Assembly: GCA_050230475.1 (NCBI GenBank)
Contig: JBFLGF010000105.1
Span: 52,444 to 72,443 of the forward strand
Length of the DNA stretch: 20,000 nt
Direction of reading: 5' to 3'
Source of the DNA: Ancylonema sp.
Taxonomy: Eukaryota
Below the pieces are notes generated by a model that saw nothing but the letters and a program-made list of their open reading frames with translations, was not told the DNA's origin and searched no databases. The position numbers and the translations under genes are program-made. This document shows positions 1 to 10,292 of this stretch, in pieces; positions within the stretch are counted from its first letter, which is position 1, and each line of letters starts with the position of its first letter.

Positions 1-309
1 AGTCGTTGGTCGGTCGATAGGGCCAATATGACATATCGACATATAGCCGATAGTGTTGAACCATTGTGAGTGGTCAGAATTATCTAGCGTGCACTCGTGA
101 CCAATCGGCTACATTGTTCCATCAGTCTTTGAGCACCGTGGATCGGGGTATATCAGCTGATCCAAAGCTCGACGATAATAACTCCGATTGATCATTACAT
201 GTTGCAACATCACGCATTATTGAGACGGAACCATTTTGAACACTCCAAACACCTTGTACGCTTTGCACTCTGATTGGACTACACACGCATACAAATACAT
301 AATCCTAAA

Positions 310-458
310 AGGGAACGCAGCTTGGAGGCTGCGCAGCTTCGTGCGCGCCACGCGAGATGGGGTCGCGGTCACAGTATGTGTATATCCTTGTATCCCGCTG
401 CCAGCGCCGTCTGCAACACACCACACGTCGCCCCAGCGAACGTCTTCATCACGTAGAG
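310..458 (-). pseudogene. Truncated N-terminal part of a retrotransposon-borne C5-cytosine DNA methyltransferase (DNMT3-like motif I/II region)
   Basis: Joining three frames gives LYVMKTFAGATCGVLQTALAAGYK / IYTYCDRDPISR / VARTKLRSLQAAFP. This is a beta-strand plus FxG SAM-binding loop (420-440), a helix, then YxYxD (359-382), the pattern of DNMT motifs I-II. It lies downstream of the retroelement protease. Confidence 0.65.
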
Positions 459-879
459 GTCGTCTCGCAAAGACGTAGGGGAGAAGTGGCGCATGGAGGT
501 GTTTATGGGGGTGGCACACTCCGCCTCGTCTCCTAGCCAAGAAGATGAGGGGTTCAAAGTGGGAGGATTATGAGCCATTGCTGCAGCAAGCTGCTGATCT
601 GCGTCCTCTCGTCGCGTTGCATCCTCCGCAGCTATCGTTGACGTTCGTTTTGCTGGCCGCGCCGCTGCTAGCTCCGCTGCCAGATCCTGAACTTGAAAGG
701 TTGCGAGTTGAAGTTGAGGGGATCCGGTCCGAAGTCTTCCTCTAGGACCGCGTCATCCGTCGACCCCACCGAGTCGAGCAGCTCCTCTAGACTGCTGACC
801 AGCCCCGGAAATAACGCGCAGGCCACCAAAGGAGGGGTAGGGGTGTGGCAAGTTGCTAGCAACATGGCAATCCGAATCA

Positions 880-1294
880 CCCCCGCCGCATCCTAGTAGC
901 GGTAAAAGAAGTTCTCGCCCCAGGAATCAACCATCCCCCCTACTCCGGCGGTGAAGTCCATGCCGAGCAAGACATAGTAAGCCGTGGTGTCGACCACCGC
1001 CACTCTCAGGCTGCATTTCTTTTCATCTTGTTTACCTTGACTGAGGGTAAACATTAGCTAATCTGTTACCCCCCTGGACTCCTCCATTCCCCCCCCCACT
1101 GTTAGGAAAGGTCGCCTAGGTCTTGATTGTGTTGATGTATTGATTTTGACGCCCACATCGATAGCAAAAGCTTTGTTGATCATCGGGGTGACCGCTCCAG
1201 TGTCCGGAATGCCCATTTGGGGGACGGAGCCGTTGACGTCAAGGTACCCTTTGTTGGGGAGCATGGCTGGGGTCCCGTGAGTCCTAGTAAGCAT
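880..1294 (-). pseudogene. Retropepsin-type aspartic protease of the Gypsy-like element
   Basis: ORF 1058-1294 contains GIPDTGA. Read through the TAG at 1058-1060 it continues in frame to LRVAVVDTTAYYVLLGMDF (LLGxD motif). Another TAG at 893-895. Confidence 0.8.
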
Positions 1295-1467
1295 CTACAG
1301 TGTCACCACTCGTGCTTGCTCTGCTGCTGCCGGCCGCCTCGCCTCAATTGCAGCGTTCTGTGTCCACAGCGCCTGCCTCAAGTATATCGTCAGTTGTTTG
1401 ATCTCTTCGGTAGCGTGTACGATGGCAATAGCGGTCTAAAGTGGCGTCTCCACGCCTCCCCCCCAAA

Positions 1468-2054
1468 TGTTGGATTTCAAGTTTAATCTGAATTGCTTAA
1501 ATTTCGGCCTAGTCCGGATAGGAGAGGATCCATCGGGGTATCGAGTCCGAAAGTCAAAGTTAGTGCTAAAGTACAGTTTAGGAAGTTGGTGCGGGTAGTG
1601 CTAAAGATGCATCGGTACTGGGAGTTTCGTGTATGACGTGTCCGACACTTGTCGACACGATCGACACTTTTGTACATTAAGTCGTCGATGGGTTAGTTGG
1701 GCTGGTACATGGACCGACACTTGGCGCACCGTAGATGCGCTGTCATTAGAGGATTCAAGCGACAAGGGAAAGACCGGCAGACTGAGAGCCTGGCCAGATA
1801 GTCTGTAATCGCTCTCATAGTAACTCTCTTGCCCGGCAACGGAGCCACGGACCACACTTGTTTGCAAGATCTGCATAGTGAGCATGATAAGCATGATTAA
1901 ATGCTTGTTAGATTTGATGTCATGGCAGTGCATCATTCATAGGAACACGAATGGGTTATTCGTTGTGAGTGCGCTGACTGTAACCAAGTAGGCGAGTCAG
2001 GCGAACTAGTAGAGATAGCCTTTGTCGCGACCGACATGGCGGACCAGGCTAACA
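1468..2054. mobile_element. Solo LTR (587 bp) with perfect 5-bp target-site duplication
   Basis: Starts TGTTGG, ends CTAACA (imperfect terminal inverted repeat, TG...CA). Flanked by CCAAA at 1463-1467 and 2055-2059. Interrupts the gag-protease region of the older element. Confidence 0.88.
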
Positions 2055-2539
2055 CCAAAGGTGGTTCAGGGAAAAAGTTTGAAGGGGGGTAGAGTTGATT
2101 TATGGTGTCAGGTTCAAGGGAAGAGGGAGGATGTCCATGGTTGAAGGTTTGAGGGAGTTGAGCGGTGTACTCTTCCTTCTCCATCGGCGCTGGCCTTGCA
2201 ACTGGTGCCGTCGCTCCTGCAACAACCGCTAGTGCAAATTTTGGGATGGTTGGGGGTGTTGCAGCCCTGCGGACCGGTGGACGCCCCCTTCCCCTTCTTG
2301 CTAGTACCACTAGAGTGATTAGCGCGCATCTGACTCCTGCTACCACCGCTGTATTTGGTCCCCGCCTGTAGCTCAACGCCATTCCTTGGAAGCCTCCATT
2401 GCCTCCCAAGTATGTGTAGTGAAGAGAGAAGCCATTTGCTTTTGGCGCTTGGTCGAAGATTGGGGTTGACTGACCAACACTGGGCTTTTGTGTGCCACAT
2501 GATCTGCCAATGCTCACATTTGTGGTTAGCGGTCTTGTG
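2055..2539 (-). pseudogene. C-terminal gag fragment of the Gypsy-like element (degenerate CCHC knuckle)
   Basis: Translation from 2539: HKTANHKCEHWQIMWHTKAQCWSVNPNLRP (CX2CX4HX4C with second C to W), followed by low-complexity P/A/G-rich sequence. Confidence 0.6.
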
Positions 2540-2824
2540 TGTTGATTACTCATTGCTTGTAATGAGTATCGTTAGTAAATGCGATGTGTTACTTATGACA
2601 TCGACATGCTTGCAAGAATAGATCACTCATAAGTATTACTGAAGTGAAGCGGATTAGAGAAGTAAGTATCTGCTACACTAATCGAACAGGAAACGGACAC
2701 TAAGTTGTCGACCAATGGGAAGACAGCATTAAGCAAACGGATCTAGGCTCGGCATATCGATCGATAAATGCCGCTCTACTGAAGTGAACTGACGCGTGTC
2801 ACACTTAGCATTATCTACTCAACA
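2540..2824 (-). repeat. 3' LTR of Copia element A
   Basis: TGTTGA...CTCAACA. Aligns with 7700-7998 with 8 substitutions counted by eye plus indels. Adjacent to PPT. Confidence 0.9.
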
Positions 2825-2833
2825 CACCCCCCT
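2825..2833 (-). promoter_or_regulatory. Polypurine tract of Copia A
   Basis: Plus strand CACCCCCCT, i.e. AGGGGGGTG on the minus strand, immediately before the 3' LTR. Confidence 0.85.
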
Positions 2834-4041
2834 AATGATAAATGTGACAAAGGACATAAAAAATTTCACTAATGTATATCAGACGAAAAAAAAACGTCAA
2901 ATCAAACAAAAAATAACTCCGACAAAAAATACAATGCTATCCAATCAGAAAACGTCACATCACCGAAAAAGGTCATATCATCCCGATGAGTTTCTTGTTG
3001 TACCAAACGACTCCAACACTGGCATGCTTAGTCAACATATCCGCCCCCATCTGGCCAGCTGAGATTTTCTCAAAGAACAACTCCTTTTCTTTGAAGACTC
3101 TGTCTCACGAAATGGTACTTGGCCAGAATCTGCTTGCTTCGAGCATGATACACCGGGTTGTGGACGATGTCCAGAGCCGGCTGGCTGTCGACCAGAATGC
3201 GAACAGATTTCTCAACTCTTGCCTCCCCCTGCATTTGAAGTTGGAGCTGGCGAAGGAAGCTGAATTCTTGAGCTGCCATCGAGAACCCCATGTACTCCGA
3301 TTCACAAGAGCTCAGACTAGCATTCCCCACCAGTTTAGATTGCCAGCTCACTGCCCCACCAGCTGACAGGATGACAAAGGCTGCCCGAGAGCGGGAGGTG
3401 TCAAGACAGGTGAGGTGGCTCGAGTCACAATAGCCCCACAGCTCTGTCGACACACCCTTCTTGTAGCACAGGCCCTCCCCACTTGTGCCGTGCAGGTAAC
3501 GAAGCACATGCTGGACTCCCTCCCAGTGTGCCATGCTAGGGTTCCCGTTGAAGCGACTCAAGCTACTGACAGCTGCAGCAATATCCGGGCGCGTACATAC
3601 CGCCAGGTACATGAGAGAGCCTATGGCGCTGCGGTAAGGGATGAGTGCCATTTTCTTTGCCTCCCTCCTCTGACTGGGGGGAATCTGCCTGGCTGAGCTT
3701 GCAACCCTGGGGGAAGGGGATTGCTGGCTGCTCGGGGACTGTCGACAGGAAATCGCAGGAGTACCTCCCCCAGGTACTTCTCCTGTAGAAGCTGGACATC
3801 TCCACCCGGTAAGCGTCTTAATCTCCATGCCAAGCAGAAATGTGGCTGCTCCCAAGTCCTTCATCTTAAACCGGCTGTGAAGCAAGGTCCTTGACGCCCC
3901 CAAATGAGACTGATGACGTGCCCGATGATGAACATATCATCGACGAACAGCCCGAGCAGGATGCGATCCCTCCCTTGATGAATTGCGTAGACGCAGTAGT
4001 CGGCGGTGAGGCGTTGTAGGCCGAACTCCGACAGGGCCCTT

Positions 4042-4409
4042 TGTTGAATCGACATTACGGAAATGTAGATTGCTTCACTTGAATGGCTATGCGTCTGTCA
4101 CAGTATGCTCATGTACGCGAATAGATCACTAAGAAGAATTAGTGATCTTTGAGAGAGTACAGAGGATAAGAAGCTTGCTAGGATAAGGCATAGACGTGGC
4201 GGAGGCCGACGTCTATGCGGCGGCGTCACTAAGCTGCCAATGAGGAGTCAGCTTGAAGCGAACGGGGTTAAGCAAGTTCTGACGAAACTTAGCGAATCTA
4301 GGAAAACCCGGGCGGTAGTACTGACTCTAGCGAACCTAGGATACCGCCGAACATCTCGGGATAAGGGCGGAAATGGACATGCGCCACACTTAGCATTACC
4401 CACTCAACA
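4042..4409 (-). mobile_element. Solo LTR (368 bp) of a family related to Copia A, inserted into Copia A RT
   Basis: TGTTGA...CTCAACA. Shares CACACTTAGCATTA.C.ACTCAACA and GAATAGATCACT with the A LTRs. TSD is GCCTT (4410-4414) versus GCCCTT on the left (one extra C). Removal restores RT ...WNLHVNKA-LSEFGLQRL. Confidence 0.88.
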
Positions 4410-6410
4410 GCCTTGTTGACATGGAGATTCCACATCCGGGGAGACTGTTTGAGCCCATAGAGAGCCTGGAACAGACGGAGGACTTTCCCAGCCACATCTT
4501 CATCGAACATGCCCTCGGGGATCTCCAGGTACACTTCCTCCTCTAGTGTCGCATACAGGAATGTCGTAGTCACGTCCATCCGCTCCATCTGCATCCCCTC
4601 TGAAGCGGCAGCTGCAAGCATGATGCGAATGCTCTCAAATCTGACAGGGGGAGAGTAGGTCTCGGTGTAGTCGACCCCCTCCTCCTGCATGAAGCCTCTC
4701 GCCACCAGACGTGCCTTGTACTTCTCCACTTCTCCCGACAGGCCTCGTTTCTTCTTGAACACCCATTTGCTCGTGATGACAGGGTGCGAGGTGGGCTTGT
4801 CGACGACCTAGAACACCTAATTCTCAACCAAGGAGGCAACCTCAGCAGCACAGGCCTCCAACCACTTCCCAGAGTCTAGTAGCTTCATCGCTTGCATGTA
4901 GGTCTTCGGGTCCGAGTCGGAGCTCTCCATCGTCGCCAGCATCACCATGTCTGCCATGTAGGAGGGGGGGACTCCACGATTTTCTCTGTTGCTGCGGCGT
5001 AGGACTGGTGCAGGTGAGGGAGCTGAGGGTTGGGCTGCAGGAGGGACCCCCGATCCCGAAGCTTGAACTGGGACCTCCAAGGATGGAGCTTGGGCTGGGA
5101 CCTCCTCTGCCTCTGGAGTGGCATCATCTGCAGGACTGTCCTGCTCCGACTCGTCGACCACCTCTGACACTGTAGGCGAAGGAGCGACAGGGGGAGAGGG
5201 ACACTCAGGAAACACCAGGGGCTCTTACTCCTCTCGAGCTGCTGCAGTGTCTCTCCACCATCCCGGCTGTGCGTCCTCATCGAAGGCTGGAGCAGCGACA
5301 TCGTAGACCTTGTGAGTGGTGGAGTTCCACACTCGATAGGTAGGGCTGCTGACTCCATAGCTGATGAGGACTCCCAGGTAGCCAACTGCTGCAAACTTCC
5401 CACCCCTTGCAGACTTTTGGATCTGACAGAACGCCTTGCAGCCGATGACTCGAAGCTTGCCGAGGTCGGGCTTCTTCCCTGTCCACATCTCGAATGGCGT
5501 GCAAGACAGGTTGGTAACCGGAGTCATGTTTCTGAGCATGTTTGTTGCTTGAAGGACCTCTGCCCAGAGATACGCCGGGAGGGAGGCAGCAATCAGGATA
5601 GTCCTCGCCTTATCCTGAACAGTGCGATTCCACCTCTCTTGCGGGCCATTGACCTCTGGTGACCGAGGAGGTGTCGTCTGCAGCGTCACCCCCAACAGGG
5701 CCTTTTTGTGCTTGAAGGCTGTCGAGGTGAATTCCCCTCCGTTGTCAGATCGGAGGTTGAGCAGCCTCTGCCCGCTTTGATTCTCTGCCACTGCTTTCCA
5801 CTCCAGAATCTGTTCGCCGCATCAGACTTCCTTTTTGATTGGGACCGCCCAGGAATATCTGGTGAAGACATCGAGGATACCAAGGAAGAAAGATGCACCT
5901 CCCAGGCTACATGGGACGAACAAGTCCTGCCAAGTCCATGACCACAAGCTGCAAAGGACGCGTAGTGTTGTGATCGAATTTGACAGCAGGGTGTGGAGGT
6001 CTTGGTAAGCTTTCCCCAGCTGGCAGGAGTCACATGAGTTGACCGCTCCGGAAACCTGACCCAGTCCTGTGGCCATGTTGTCCTTCAGGAGTCGATGGAG
6101 TGCTGCTTGGCCGCTGTGACCAAGCCGACGGTGAAGTAGGTCCATGGACAACGAGTTGCTAAAAACTTCGGCTTGGCGACACGAAGCCATGGAGAAAGGA
6201 AGGGGCAAGACAGTGCAGTCGAGAGTCATGCGGCTTGCAATAGCCTCTGTCAGGAGTGCCACTTGTTGTAAATCTCCATTAGGGAGCTCCTTTTTGAGGA
6301 CCACCTTGCCAGGAATCTCTCGGAAGACATAGAAAAAGTCAGCTGCTCGAAGTGCTGAAGCTCATGGACTCAATAAGAAGAACGTTGTCAAGTCTGAGCT
6401 TTTGTTTTCC

Positions 6411-6478
6411 TGTCGCCGAGTCGACCTCCAGCATGTTGACGCCATTGCATCCTTGTCGCCGAGTCGACCTCCAGCATG
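6411..6478. repeat. 25-bp direct duplication with 18-bp spacer in the Copia A protease region
   Basis: TGTCGCCGAGTCGACCTCCAGCATG at 6411-6435 and 6454-6478. MLEVDSAT appears in two frames of the ORF track. Confidence 0.9.
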
Positions 6479-7687
6479 ACTGTGCCGCTGTGTGTGACAT
6501 CGATGGATCCTTGTACCTGATTGACTTTGAAATGACCTTGGAAAGGGGAAAGCTTGCAGAAGAAGGATCGGTCAAGACAGATATGGTGACTGGCACCAGA
6601 CTCTGCTAGGAAAGTAGTTGGCGAAGTCGACAGAGACACAGTTGCAAGAACTTCACCTCAAATTTGCAATGCGTCATGTGACTGTTGTATCTTCAAAATG
6701 TGATGAGAATCACTGTCTGAAAATTCCACAACACCACAGCTGAAACACCATCTGCTCCCCTATCCTCCTTGTCCTTTTTCTATTTGCATGCCTTCTCCAG
6801 ACGGCCATTTTTTTCTGCAGTGCTTGCACTTCGCCGATCCAGCTTTTGGACAGTCCCTAGCATAGTGACCCTTGTTACCACAGCAGTAACACATGGTGTA
6901 TGAAGGTGCAAGTCTGCTGCTCGACGGTTTGGAGTTGTCCTTGCCATATTTCTGGGCCCATAAGATTTCAGCCTTCGCCAGTTCGAGCTGGAATGCGTTG
7001 GCAAGGGCTGCAGATCCAGACAGCGGTGCAGCTTTCCTTTGGAAGTCCTCGTCGTCGTCTCGCATGCTAGCGAAGAGCTCTTGAAGGTCCTGTTTGTCTT
7101 TGGAATGTTGCCATGTCTTCTTCACATGTTCGTATCTGTCGTTTGGCTGGTCTAGCAGTGCTCTCTCCTTTTCATCTTCATAGAGTCGGACGCCCTGCTG
7201 CTCACATCTCTCGACAACTGCCTCGAATCTGCAAATTGTCTTGTCGGTAGTCTCCGTCTCTAGATGTTGGAAGTTAAGGAGTGCTTTTTGTGCGGCAGAT
7301 TTTCCCATCTCCGATTTTCGTGCAAACTTCTATTGAAGTTTGTTCCACATTGCTATGGGATCGTCGAGGACAGAGGAGACAGTAAGCAGCTGAGAATCAG
7401 ATATGGACTCGACAAGGAGACAGGCTGCTTTGTTATAGTCTTCCTTGTACGCTTCATGTTTGTCGGCAGCGATTTTATCTGCAGCGATGTCTTCTGGAGA
7501 TAGATTTTTCATCATTGTCATGGCGTGAGATTCTCGTGGTCGTGCTGGACAAGAACTTCGTTCGCTTACAAGATCCGAGACCTTGTTCACAAGTAGGATT
7601 CCCTTAAGTCTTCCTTACCATTGTGTGTAATTGTCTTTATTAAGCTGATTGCTTGTTGCCCTGAATCGCGTCCCTTCAGATGGGACG

Positions 7688-7699
7688 GCTCTGATACCA
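7688..7699 (-). promoter_or_regulatory. Primer-binding site complementary to initiator tRNA-Met
   Basis: Minus strand TGGTATCAGAGC directly after the 5' LTR. Confidence 0.95.
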
Positions 7700-7998
7700 T
7701 GTTGAAGTATCGTTAGTAAATGCCGATGTCATCGATGTCATCATGTGTTACTTATGTCATCGATGTGTTACTTATGACATCGACATGCTTGCATGAATAG
7801 ATCACTCAGAAGTATTACTGAAGTGAAGCGGATTACAAAAGTAAGTATCTGCTACACTCATCGAACAGGAAACGGACACTAAGCTGTCGACCAATGGGAA
7901 GACCGCATTAAGCGAACGGATCTAGGCTCGGCATATCGATCGATAAATGCCGCTCTACTGAAGTGAACCGTGTCACACTTAGCATTATCTACTCAACA
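7700..7998 (-). repeat. 5' LTR of Copia element A
   Basis: TGTTGA...CTCAACA, adjacent to PBS. Carries internal tandem duplications (CGATGTCAT / ATGTGTTACTTATG units, ~7724-7780) absent from the 3' LTR. Confidence 0.92.
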
Positions 7999-8389
7999 AT
8001 GTCTGGTGCTGCGTCGTGCCACTTTGCTGCCCACCATTGTTTCGATCCCCATTGCCGCCCCCATTGCCTCCCATGGGTATTTCCCCCCCTCTATTGCCTC
8101 CGCCGCTGCCACCATTGCCACCTAGATTGCCACCCGGCTTGCCGGTGCAGTCTCGGGCAATGTGCTCCACCACACGGCAGATGTTGCATGCCCGCGTCTC
8201 CGTCCTCTCGGGCAGTCTTGCTCCGAGGCGATTTTCCACATTCGACGGGAAGTGGAGGCGGTCATGAATAGGAAGACGAGGCTGGTCTTGTTTACTCACT
8301 CCCATCCGTGGTGGAGGCTTGACTCCGGCTACCCGAAAATTTGCCTCTAGGGTCAAAAGTGAAGCCTCCTCTGAAGCGTCCATAATCGA
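7999..8389 (-). pseudogene. gag fragment with CCHC zinc knuckle of the older Gypsy-like element
   Basis: ORF 7985-8383 contains CNICRVVEHIARDC followed by a Gly/Asn-rich linker, and is cut by the Copia A LTR at 7998. Confidence 0.75.
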
Positions 8390-8835
8390 TGTGACGTCTT
8401 ATCCGCGTGAATACTATCTCAAGCCATTTCCCATACAATATTCATACACACGCCATTCAGATAGGTGCGAGATGAATGCAAGCTTAATCAATTACCGCTC
8501 CAAGGTCTAAAATCCAGACCTTGGATATTTTTCGGCGAACACAAAAGTTTGGCCGAACCTATGCAATATGCAAACACGTACCTATGCAAAATGTAACCAC
8601 GTACTCAAAACGATACATTCGAATCTTAAGTCATGCATGTGACCAATCAGCAACTTTGGCTGATTGATCACGTCTACAATTTAATGCTCATAGCCGCAAG
8701 TTCAACAACCAATCACAATGTGGCATTCATTGACATGATCGTATATGAACGCACGCTCAGCCCCGGCCATGACCGGACTGACTATTCCAAAGTAACAGGA
8801 CTAGGAACTTAGCAAAATGACTGCTATTCCTACCA
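8390..8835 (-). repeat. Probable 3' LTR of Copia B
   Basis: The inner end ...TTCCTACCA abuts the PPT. The outer end is inferred at TGTGACG (8390), where the gag frame stops. No partner LTR in the window. Confidence 0.6.
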
Positions 8836-10292
8836 TCCCCCTCTCATTGGCTAATCCCTAGCCACTAGTCATGCCCATCAATTTCTTCCCTACTACAAGC
8901 ACCTTCACACCAACACGCTTTGTTAATTGGTCGGCTGCCATGGCATGAGTGCGTACAAACTCCAAACTCATCTCACCACTTTCCACCTTTTCCCGAATAA
9001 AATGAAACCTGATAGCAATGTGCTTGCTACGCTTATGAAATACTGGATTTTTAGCCAACTTGATGGACGATTGATTGTCGACAAGTAGAAGTGTTTCCCC
9101 CTCCTCCGGTTTCACCCCCATCTCAGACTGCAACATGGTCAAGTACAGTCCCTCCTGCATGGCATAGCAGATTGCCATGTACTCCGCCTCGGTGCTACTC
9201 AGAGCCACCACGTCCTGTAGCTTACCAACTGACGCTCACACTTGCCCCACCACACATAAATACAAATCCCGATCTACCTTGTTTCGTTTTATCATCGCTC
9301 CCATAACTTGCGTCGCTGTAGCCCCACACAGTAACCTCCTCACCTGGGCTGTAGGCCCAGCCCCCTCACCGACAGTCCCCTTTATATATCGCAGCACCCG
9401 CTTTGCCGCTTCCCAGTGCTCCATCTTGGGGTTCTAGCAGTAACGGCTGAGTGTTGACACAGCCATCGCAAGGTCAGGCTTGGTACAAACAGCAAGGTAC
9501 ATCATACTGCAGACTAGACTCTTGTACGGAATTTTTGCCATCGATTGGTCTACCCCCTCTTGGGCCTCGACATCGTCTCACCCAAATGTGCTACCCGGCT
9601 CGAAAGGAGTTGTGACCACCTTGGCCTCAGCTATCCAACATTCACTGACCACCTCCGATGCGTACTTTTCTCGCACTAGAAAGTACCCTCCTTCCAGCCT
9701 CCGTCGAATCTCCACCCCGAGCAAAAAATGCGCACTACCTATATCTTTCATCTTGAAGTGCAGCTTTAAGTCACTCCTTCACTTCCGTCAGGGACTCCTG
9801 GCTACTCCACACAATCAGCAAATGATCGACATAAAGCGCCAAGAACGCTCGCTCATCATCCTCCCCCACGACATAGATACCGTGCTCAGTCACGAAGCGA
9901 TCGAATCCCATCTCGTGCAGGACCTTGTCGATGGTCTGGTTCCACATTCGTGGCGACTGCTCGAGTCCATATAGGCACTTCTTGAGTTTCCACACCCGGT
10001 TTGCCCCCCCAACCGGCGCCACCCCTTCTGGTATTTCGACGTATGTCTCCTCTTCTAGCTTGGCATATAGGAATGCCGTAGCCACATCCATTTGGTCGAG
10101 CTCCCACTCCTGGAAGCCGCCAGAGCCACCACTGCCCGCACACTCTTGAATCTCACAACCGGGGCGAATGTCTCATCGTAATCCACCCCCTCCATTTGAC
10201 GAAACCCTGTGGCTACTACCCTAGCCTTATATTTGTCAAGTTTCCCCTCCGCGTCAGTTTTGATTCGCAACACCCACTTCGTACCTATGACT

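Larger units (their letters stand above)
2973..7679 (-). pseudogene. Copia A gag-pol polyprotein, frameshifted and with stops
   Basis: gag LNKDNYTQW and knuckle CYCCGNKGHYARDC; protease-like AESGASHHIC; HHCC region LLHRRLGH...CDSCQLGK; integrase core LRSDNGGEF...NGPQERWNRT; RT KYKARLVARGF, ALYGLKQSPRMWN, LFVDDMFI; RNase H GYCDSSH, SSCESEY, ADMLTK; stop at 2973-2975. The 5' start is approximate. Confidence 0.92.
2540..7998 (-). mobile_element. Full-length Ty1/Copia LTR retrotransposon (element A), degenerate
   Basis: Two related LTRs (2540-2824, 7700-7998), PBS 7688-7699, PPT 2825-2833, and domain order gag-PR-INT-RT-RNaseH typical of Copia. Confidence 0.95.
310..8389 (-). mobile_element. Decayed Ty3/Gypsy-like retrotransposon (gag - aspartic protease - putative cytosine methyltransferase), fragmented by younger insertions; surviving pieces 7999-8389, 2055-2539, 310-1467
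   Basis: Collinear minus-strand pieces: zinc knuckle CNICRVVEHIARDC (in 7999-8383), second degenerate knuckle CEHWQIMWHTKAQC (below 2539), retropepsin GIPDTGA...VLLGMDF (~950-1294), DNMT-like motifs (310-458). Many in-frame stops and frameshifts. No RT or integrase of this element is in the window, so 'Gypsy' rests on domain type and order. Confidence 0.7.

Noticed and set aside
6411..6478. Repeat-spacer-repeat resembling a mini CRISPR array
   Set aside because: Only two units, inside a eukaryotic retroelement coding region, with no cas genes.
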